Below are positions 57,435-64,000 of a stretch of 64,000 nt of DNA, piece by piece. The DNA is from an uncultured Nitrososphaerota archaeon (GTDB lineage: Archaea > Thermoproteota > EX4484-205 > JAAOZP01). The DNA lies in assembly GCA_964416155.1 (NCBI GenBank), contig CAYQCW010000003.1, positions 151,336-215,335 on the forward strand, in the 5' to 3' direction. Made by a program: the position numbers and the translations under genes. Each line of letters opens with the position of its first letter. The first letter of the stretch is position 1. Under the pieces are notes generated by a model. It saw nothing but the letters and a program-made list of their open reading frames with translations. It did no database searches and was not told the origin of the DNA.

Positions 57435-58241
57435 ATGGCGAAGGCGAAGAAGATAGCGGTAGTCTATAAAACCAAGGAGCCTGAGGCCATGAAGGTTATC
57501 GATGTGGTTAAGAGGCTTTTGAAGCCGGAGTCTGTCGAAGAAAACCTGTTGTCAAGCCTTGCAGGGAAGAGACTAGGGGGGTTTGACCTAATTGTCTGCT
57601 TAGGAGGAGACGGAACCTTGGTGAGAACCTGCCGGGTGGTTGAAAACGGAGGCGTAATCCTGCCGGTTAACATGGGCAAGAAAGGCTATTTAATGGAAGT
57701 GGACCCCGAGAAGTTGCCTTCCTATCTGGAAAAGTATCAAAACGACGAATTTCTAGTTGAGAAATGCTTCAAACTGAGAATAGGCTACGGTGGCAGGGTG
57801 CTTACCGCAGTGAATGAAGTTGTGATTAGGAACATAATGGGTTTAAAACAAGTAGCGTTATCCGTAGAGCTGGAAGAAGGAGGCTTCATAGTGGAGGGAG
57901 ACGGGGTTTTGGTTTCAACCCCTATCGGATCATCCGCCTACTCCCTCAACGCGGGAGGACCATTTGTTTTATCCAATGTAAACATCTTAGTATGTACCCC
58001 GTTGTGCGCACGGAAACCCTTGAGACCATTAATAGTTAATAAGGATACGTTAATAAAAGTGAAATATTTAAGTGGCGAAGAAATACAGATGATAATAGAC
58101 GGAGATGAGACGTTCAAGGTGGATTCTAAGGAAACCATAGAGATCACAGGGTCAACCGAAACAGTTAACATTATCCGTTTCTCCAGGTCTTTCAACATTA
58201 AGCGTATGGGCAGGTTGACAGGGGGGGTTGAAAACGGTTAA
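57435..58241 (+). CDS. nadK: NAD+ kinase
   Basis: GGDGT motif (VCLGGDGTLVR). 268 aa. Confidence 0.8.
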   Translation: MAKAKKIAVVYKTKEPEAMKVIDVVKRLLKPESVEENLLSSLAGKRLGGFDLIVCLGGDGTLVRTCRVVENGGVILPVNMGKKGYLMEVDPEKLPSYLEKYQNDEFLVEKCFKLRIGYGGRVLTAVNEVVIRNIMGLKQVALSVELEEGGFIVEGDGVLVSTPIGSSAYSLNAGGPFVLSNVNILVCTPLCARKPLRPLIVNKDTLIKVKYLSGEEIQMIIDGDETFKVDSKETIEITGSTETVNIIRFSRSFNIKRMGRLTGGVENG

Positions 58242-58761
58242 GCAAGGATACGTTCTGGATTCTACAGCCATAATACAGGGGGTAGATCCAAACTCCCTTA
58301 AAAAAGAATCATTCACCATAAGAGAACTTCTAGACGAGATCGGGGAAATAGGCAGGAGATGGATAAGAATAAAGACGGCGATGATGCTGGGGAAACTAGT
58401 AATCCGGGAGCCTTCCGCCGGAGGCATGGAGAAAGTAGAGAAGGTCGCTAAGGAATACGGATTGTACGACAAGCTTTCAAAGCCAGATATTAAGATCCTG
58501 ACTCTAGGTTACGAGTTGCATAGCGAGGAGGATTATGATATAGAGATAATAACCGATGACTACGATATTCAGAATACCGCCGCCATTCTGAACCTGAAGT
58601 ATATTTCGATAGGGATGAAGAAGATAAGAAAAACCTATCTATATGTCAAGTATTGTCCCGCCTGTAAAAGAAAATACTCCGGGTATGCTGGAACCATCTG
58701 TCCTGTATGCGGATATAGGCTGATAGGCATGAAGAGGGTTATAAAAGACAATACTTATTAA
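58228..58761 (+). CDS. nob1: Nob1-like endonuclease (PIN domain + C-terminal zinc ribbon)
   Basis: N-terminal PIN domain (VLDSTAII). C-terminal CPACKRKY..CPVCG. Confidence 0.6.
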   Translation: MKTVKQGYVLDSTAIIQGVDPNSLKKESFTIRELLDEIGEIGRRWIRIKTAMMLGKLVIREPSAGGMEKVEKVAKEYGLYDKLSKPDIKILTLGYELHSEEDYDIEIITDDYDIQNTAAILNLKYISIGMKKIRKTYLYVKYCPACKRKYSGYAGTICPVCGYRLIGMKRVIKDNTY

Positions 58762-61700
58762 AAGTAGTGTTTCAGCTTCTTTTGAGTGAGAAACACGTTG
58801 TCTTCTTTCGTAAGAAAGAGCGAAAGCTCCTTCTCCAGCAATTCGAGGCTGCTTGAAAAATATGGATCCGAGGGGTATGATGCTAAAACCTTTTTCCCAA
58901 GAGCCAAGTATTTTTTAACCCCGCTTATGTAAACTGTTGGAAGAAGCTCTCCTCCGCAAGAGGTACACCTGGAAACCAGCGGGAGCCTCCTGAATTTTTT
59001 GCCACACTTCTTGCACCGGAATTTCTGAACGTGAAACGTCTTAATGTTTCCAGAAATGTCTTTTAGCAAATGAGAGTTCAAAAGGTTTTCTGCAAAATCC
59101 TTCTTATCAATCCCGGTTAGAAGAGATGTAACTTCTAACTGTAGTTTTAATTTTCTCTCCATAGAGCCTAGAGTACTATAGATATTTCTTTTAACGCCTT
59201 TTACCATATTACTCGTATTATGAGACCAAGTTATGTTAAGATCGTCTTTACTGGTCAGCCGCATTTTATCTAAAAGTTCCTTTGGCTTCACACCCTGTTC
59301 AGCCAAGAAATAAATATCTTTACTGTATTTCGCCATATTTTCCATGTTATAGATCTGATCGTCTATTTCATCTGGTTTTAAAACAGGTATTATTATAAGT
59401 GGGGTATCCATCAACCCTCCCGCAGCATCAGGAACATAATACTTCGAGAAATTTAAAAAGGCGTCTAAAAGAAGAATTATGGAGTCCCCGTCTCCATCAC
59501 AATCCCTTCTTTTAGCCTGATGCCAGAAGGGATGGGCGAAGACGACTTGTGAATCAGTAAAACCTATCATTCTACCCACGATTGCCCCAAGCGTATGAGG
59601 AGAAATCCCTAGGACAAGATGCCCAACAAGATCTTCTCTTGACCTAATGTTGTAGTACGGCTCCACATGGTAGAAAAGCCTGAGTTCCTCGTCAATAAAA
59701 CTTGCAACTTTAACGAGAGAATCGCCCATTTCCTTAGGAAGAATTACATCCTGAGGATAAAGGTATAGAAGCTGGCTGCTTTCAGTAAGAGGATTACCGT
59801 CGACATCCCTATCATAGCCTAGTTTCTTCAAAGCCTCTACAGAAACCCCGATTTCCTCAGGTTTGAAAGCTGTTAGCGGAGCATTAGTAGCGTCGAACCG
59901 GATAGTTCCATCCTTGTATATCGTTAAGCCATTCTTGGCTCTCAGAATGCCTTTTTCAATTGGCTCAGGAACCCTATTCTTGTTCATCAGTCCTTTCACT
60001 CCCTTGACTTCGGAGCCTGTTGTAATTCCAAGCATTTTTTCAGCATCTTCTAAAATGCTTCGAAGTGGAACGTTTGTTGCATGAAAGGAATTACATTTGC
60101 TCCGGCATTTTTCACATTCTTCAGATTTAGAGTATGAATTACACTTAGTGCAATAGTATACGGGTAGGGTAGCAGACTTACACTGGGGGCAATGCAAATA
60201 GAAGAGAAGTTGGTTGCATTTTTCGCAATACCTATTACAAACATTTACAACTATGTTCCCACGGGATGCTGCGGCAATAATGTTTCTTTTTGGACCACCT
60301 TCTAAACCTACTGGAAACAATACGTGTGAAGGAGGATGCATTTCTCTGAGTTTTGCCGCCTCAGGTCTTCCAAGTCTAGCGGATATGAAGGTACCTTTCT
60401 TGGGTTTGATCTTAAACTGGAGAACAGAGTTAAGATAATCGATAGAGTTTTTTTCAGATCCTGCCGGAGGCAAGGTGTATTTTGAAAGATATGCTAGGAA
60501 TTCGGTATGGATTTTAGACAACCTAATATACCCGTTTTCAACTTGGAAAGGAAGGCACATCTTCTCTAACTCGTTCAACAAAGCACCGTCCTCTATCGGA
60601 ACAATAACGTGATCCTTCTCAACCTTAGCCTTCTTGAAGCATTCAATTACATGGAGAAGTTCGGAAGCATTTAAGTTATCTATGAAAAAGTAAAAAGCAG
60701 GGTGAAGAGGAACATCTAGGGCCAAGCTTATCTGTAAGGCTGTTCCAAAATCAATACTGATAAACGGATTCTTAACTATCCCCCAGAGGAAACCGGTTTC
60801 TAAAGGAAGACTCTTAATCTTAGCCTCCTTATCCTTTAAAGCCGCTTCGAGCTCTGCGGCCCACTGTTCTTCAGTGTACCCTACCTTGTCGAGAGGAGTG
60901 TTTCCTTCAATATAGTCTCCCACAGATATGAGTATATCGCCAAGAAAAAGCACTTTAGAAATGTCGTGTTGAATCCTTTTAAGCTTGTCTTCGCTTTCAA
61001 CAAGATGCACGGATCCATCATACGTCTTAACTATTGGAGGCATGATTGAATCTACAGGCATCACTATAGCCGATTTCCCAGGCCGATCTATTCTAAGCTG
61101 AGAGCCTATTGACAAGAAGCCTCGGAGAAGCTCCATCGCCACAGGATGTATCCCCATCGCCATCAACCCAGTGTTTCTAGCTCTTCCATACCTTATTCTA
61201 AAACCTCCGAAAGCCTCAGAAGACGAGAAGAAAGGCCTCCCGATCAAAACTTCTTTGAGATATTCTGATTTCTTGCTTTCAACCTCGATTCTGGATATCC
61301 AGGACCATCCGGATATGTTAAGCTTGTTGATTATGCTTTCAAACTTCTTAACCCTACCAATTATGCCATCGTTTATAATTCTTAAAGCACCGCCCCTAAG
61401 CCTGTTCGTCTCCACTCTTGGAAGATCCCTATAAATTACCACTTCAGTTTCTTCAGATGGCAGACCCGTAATCTCTACAGGAAGATTCTCTATAACCTCG
61501 GCAATTTGATCCTTAGCAACCTTATATTGAAACCTGTTTTTACCCCTTTCATACAGCCTCAATTCCTCAATGTAACGCGAAACCTCTTCCTTAGTAGGCT
61601 TATACCTATCAAGTTTCAACACCCTCCTTATGAAGTCTGCAAGAATTATGGAGAGAGCCTGCTCCGTGCCTCCGGCGGACCTCATCGGTCCAGAGAAATA

Positions 61701-62117
61701 AACAGCCAAGTACCTAGTATTGTCAGGATTTCTCTTTATCAAAACTTTCTCTATGCCCTCTATAGGAGCTGCTGTAGTCCCTGGAGGAGTCAATGAAGCA
61801 AGCGCCGCCTTCAACGCTAGTTCTGCCGCTTTTTCTTCGGAAAAAGACCCGAATCTCCCCAGTATGATGTCTTCAGCTATTTTGAACGGTATTTCTATTG
61901 GCGGAAGAGTTTTTTTAAGGTCCTCAAACCTCTCTTTAAACCCATTCAAACCGAGTATTTTCTCAATGGTTTCAGCCTGGGAGAACGAAATTATGGACTC
62001 TGGTTTCTTCTCAGGGTCATACCCATTTTCCTTAGCTTGGACAGCGTATTCGTATGCCTCCCAGAACTTTTCCTGTAAAAACCGGTTATATTCTTCAATA
62101 CCCATCTTTAACAGCAT
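58758..62117 (-). CDS. polC: DNA polymerase II (PolD) large subunit DP2
   Basis: 1119 aa. DP2-like N-terminus, conserved catalytic RRDCDGDGD motif, C-terminal Cys clusters. Confidence 0.85.
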   Translation of the reverse strand: MLLKMGIEEYNRFLQEKFWEAYEYAVQAKENGYDPEKKPESIISFSQAETIEKILGLNGFKERFEDLKKTLPPIEIPFKIAEDIILGRFGSFSEEKAAELALKAALASLTPPGTTAAPIEGIEKVLIKRNPDNTRYLAVYFSGPMRSAGGTEQALSIILADFIRRVLKLDRYKPTKEEVSRYIEELRLYERGKNRFQYKVAKDQIAEVIENLPVEITGLPSEETEVVIYRDLPRVETNRLRGGALRIINDGIIGRVKKFESIINKLNISGWSWISRIEVESKKSEYLKEVLIGRPFFSSSEAFGGFRIRYGRARNTGLMAMGIHPVAMELLRGFLSIGSQLRIDRPGKSAIVMPVDSIMPPIVKTYDGSVHLVESEDKLKRIQHDISKVLFLGDILISVGDYIEGNTPLDKVGYTEEQWAAELEAALKDKEAKIKSLPLETGFLWGIVKNPFISIDFGTALQISLALDVPLHPAFYFFIDNLNASELLHVIECFKKAKVEKDHVIVPIEDGALLNELEKMCLPFQVENGYIRLSKIHTEFLAYLSKYTLPPAGSEKNSIDYLNSVLQFKIKPKKGTFISARLGRPEAAKLREMHPPSHVLFPVGLEGGPKRNIIAAASRGNIVVNVCNRYCEKCNQLLFYLHCPQCKSATLPVYYCTKCNSYSKSEECEKCRSKCNSFHATNVPLRSILEDAEKMLGITTGSEVKGVKGLMNKNRVPEPIEKGILRAKNGLTIYKDGTIRFDATNAPLTAFKPEEIGVSVEALKKLGYDRDVDGNPLTESSQLLYLYPQDVILPKEMGDSLVKVASFIDEELRLFYHVEPYYNIRSREDLVGHLVLGISPHTLGAIVGRMIGFTDSQVVFAHPFWHQAKRRDCDGDGDSIILLLDAFLNFSKYYVPDAAGGLMDTPLIIIPVLKPDEIDDQIYNMENMAKYSKDIYFLAEQGVKPKELLDKMRLTSKDDLNITWSHNTSNMVKGVKRNIYSTLGSMERKLKLQLEVTSLLTGIDKKDFAENLLNSHLLKDISGNIKTFHVQKFRCKKCGKKFRRLPLVSRCTSCGGELLPTVYISGVKKYLALGKKVLASYPSDPYFSSSLELLEKELSLFLTKEDNVFLTQKKLKHYF

Positions 62118-62896
62118 TGGCCCAGGCCTTTAACACTACCTTTCTTCAATGCGCCTTTCCGCCCACCCTCTATTATCTCAGAAAGCTTCTCTTCTGGAGC
62201 GCCGATTTCCTCCAAAACGTCGCCCGTAACTATTATATCGGCACCCGCGGAAACAACATTCTCAGCAGCTAAGCCATCTCTTATCCCCCCACCCACAACA
62301 AGTGGAACACTGATGCATCTTTTAACCATAGCTATCAGCTTTTCTGGGACATGAGCTGCAACGCCAGAACCCGCTTCAAGATAGATGACTCTGAAGCCAA
62401 GAGCCTCGGCCGCCATAGCATAACCGATTGTCAACTCGGGTATCTCAAAGGGAAGAGGCCTGGCATCACCTATATACCCAGCTGCCCCACCAGTCCCAAG
62501 TATCAGATAAGCCATCGGAATAGTTTCCAACCCCAATTCCCTTATGGTCCTGATTCCGAGGACTTGTGCACCGATAATATAATATGGATTTGACGAGTTT
62601 AGTAGGGACATGAACCAGATTGCATCAGCACCACGTGCTATGCTTGCAACGTTGCTGGGGAAAATTATTACGGGCAGTTTTGAATTAGATTTAATCTTAA
62701 CAATAGCTTCCTCATAGTCAGAGGTTCTATGCGAAGTGCTTCCACCAACCATGAATGCAGAGGAGCCTGCTACTTCAGCCGCCCTGACTACTTCCTCGAC
62801 CCTGTTCATTTTCTCAGGATCGATTAAGGTTATATGGATGAAACCGTTTTCCTCAATCTTCTCGCGTAAGTATTTTTCTGTTTTCCCTATTCGCAA
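62108..62896 (-). CDS. Geranylgeranylglyceryl phosphate synthase (PcrB family)
   Basis: 262 aa. HITLIDPEK N-terminus and a Gly-rich (GGGI) phosphate-binding C-terminus. Confidence 0.75.
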   Translation of the reverse strand: MRIGKTEKYLREKIEENGFIHITLIDPEKMNRVEEVVRAAEVAGSSAFMVGGSTSHRTSDYEEAIVKIKSNSKLPVIIFPSNVASIARGADAIWFMSLLNSSNPYYIIGAQVLGIRTIRELGLETIPMAYLILGTGGAAGYIGDARPLPFEIPELTIGYAMAAEALGFRVIYLEAGSGVAAHVPEKLIAMVKRCISVPLVVGGGIRDGLAAENVVSAGADIIVTGDVLEEIGAPEEKLSEIIEGGRKGALKKGSVKGLGQCC

Positions 62897-62940
62897 CCTG
62901 TTTAAAGCGAGTTGTAGAATATATAAATCTAAAAGAGCCC

Positions 62941-63207
62941 CTAAGAAACCTCTCCACTGTGATATTTATCTACAAACCTGTTGAAGTAGTCAACATTCTC
63001 CAAGTTCTTAATATACTCTAGATTCGTTGCCAAACTGCAATTACCGCATTCGACTCTCACGCTTCCCGAAGCCTTGTCCTCAATGACAGAGACAGCCTGT
63101 ATACCGCATTTCGGACAGGGAAAAATCTTAGGAATAACTCTACGAATAACCTTAGCTTCTCTCCTTCTTCTTCTAGCCATACTTCGAGAAAACATTCTCC
63201 ACCACAT
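62941..63207 (-). CDS. elf1: Transcription elongation factor Elf1 homologue (zinc ribbon)
   Basis: Basic N-terminus, then CPKC..(x)..CGNC zinc ribbon. 88 aa. Confidence 0.55.
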   Translation of the reverse strand: MWWRMFSRSMARRRRREAKVIRRVIPKIFPCPKCGIQAVSVIEDKASGSVRVECGNCSLATNLEYIKNLENVDYFNRFVDKYHSGEVS

Positions 63208-63314
63208 CTATTTTTCCCTTTCCCCGCCCGGTCGGAGAGGAGGAAGTGCTGCCCAAACCTCACAGGGTATACAAAAAAGTATAACTACAGCCCGCTGTTA
63301 ACAAAAATAGAAAG

Positions 63315-63704
63315 ATGGCAGAAAAGAGTAGAAAAACAGACATTATCGTGGAAAAACTCTTAGAAGAATCAAACCTTACCTCCAAACAACTTAAAGCCCT
63401 GATACTGTATTCCAACAATATAGAACAGAGAATAGTTGAGAATGGGTATGTAGACTTTGACGGTAAAAAAATTCCTAAGGGGGCTTTTTTCAGGATTTTA
63501 AGCCAAGCCAAGGAAAATGTTAGAAAATCAATAATTACATTAATTTTAATGTCATATATAGGCCTGATGGATGCCGAACATTTTAGCGCAATAATGCAGA
63601 TCACAAGCATAATGATGCAAATCAAAGGTCAAGATGAGACTTTGATTAAGACACTTTTAGAAAAACTTAAAGCCACTATCGACATTAGAAAAAGAGCAAA
63701 GTAA
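63315..63704 (+). CDS. Hypothetical protein
   Basis: 129-aa ORF. No motif recognised. Confidence 0.35.
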   Translation: MAEKSRKTDIIVEKLLEESNLTSKQLKALILYSNNIEQRIVENGYVDFDGKKIPKGAFFRILSQAKENVRKSIITLILMSYIGLMDAEHFSAIMQITSIMMQIKGQDETLIKTLLEKLKATIDIRKRAK

Positions 63705-63736
63705 AAATACCTTGCCTGTCTCAAGGTAGACAAGCA

Positions 63737-64000
63737 ATGGATCTCCTTAATCTTCTAAAGCGGCCTGGAGAAGAGATACGGAAAGAGAGGAAAAGAAGGG
63801 GGGTAACCCAGAGTTTACTAGCTAAAAAAGCGAAAGTAAGTCAAGCATTGATAGCAAGAATCGAGAAACAACAGATAGACCCACGTCTTTCCACACTACG
63901 AAAGATAGTTGAGGCATTAATAGAGGAAGAACAGCAGAAGGGGACAAAAGCCATAGACATAGCTGTACGTGACGTCATCGTTGTAAATCATGATGATACT
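63737..64000 (+). CDS. HTH (XRE-type) regulator, probably with a C-terminal CBS domain; runs off the window end
   Basis: RRGVTQSLLAKKAKVSQALIARIE helix-turn-helix, followed by AIDIAVRDVIVV (start of a CBS domain). Confidence 0.55.
   Translation, partial: MDLLNLLKRPGEEIRKERKRRGVTQSLLAKKAKVSQALIARIEKQQIDPRLSTLRKIVEALIEEEQQKGTKAIDIAVRDVIVVNHDDT

Noticed and set aside
1-64000. CRISPR arrays
   Set aside because: No run of regularly spaced direct repeats was seen. The only repeats found are the 110-bp duplication at 17991/19769, the 17-bp inverted pair at 44004/44986, and a 13-nt tandem at 32741-32769.

Overview
This window is archaeal chromosomal DNA at about 48-50% GC, densely coding, with many intron-containing tRNA genes. 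I infer a TACK/Korarchaeota-like lineage from the mix of a euryarchaeal-type DNA polymerase D large subunit with Thermoproteales-like tRNA introns at non-canonical positions.

What I can support from the sequence:
- Seven tRNA genes; five or six carry introns and one (tRNA-Phe) carries two.
- Three class-I/II aminoacyl-tRNA synthetases (HisRS, LeuRS, AlaRS) and the tRNA-splicing endonuclease EndA.
- A tightly packed same-strand cluster in the last 13 kb: archaeal SAM synthetase, GatB, SRP54, Pus10, L21e, RpoF, with aIF5A, NAD kinase, Nob1, PolD DP2, GGGP synthase and Elf1 alongside.
- A BMP-type nucleoside ABC importer operon and a second ABC-2 exporter operon.
- proBA, a GH3 glycosidase, a sugar aminotransferase, a Gfo/Idh/MocA oxidoreductase, an ADP-ribosylglycohydrolase, MGMT, a radical-SAM enzyme and an HTH-PRTase regulator.
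- Several ORF-poor or decayed stretches (30.8-33.2 kb, 39.5-40.3 kb, 41.6-42.1 kb, 43.5-45.0 kb).

Four genes are interrupted:
- A CPBP protease, an MFS transporter and a nitroreductase are each split by a frameshift.
- One small gene is broken by an in-frame TAG.

The main candidates for something new:
- A secreted protein with an extraordinarily Cys-rich C-terminal tail, followed by a small polytopic membrane protein. The layout resembles an archaeocin precursor with an immunity gene.
- A HerA/FtsK-like ATPase with a long coiled-coil tail next to an Abi-type CPBP protease remnant.
- A decayed island with nuclease fragments between leuS and an ABC exporter.
- A short element bounded by inverted repeats (MITE-like).
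- A 110-bp duplication bracketing an inserted transporter gene.
- A tRNA-Arg paralogue whose anticodon region cannot be resolved.
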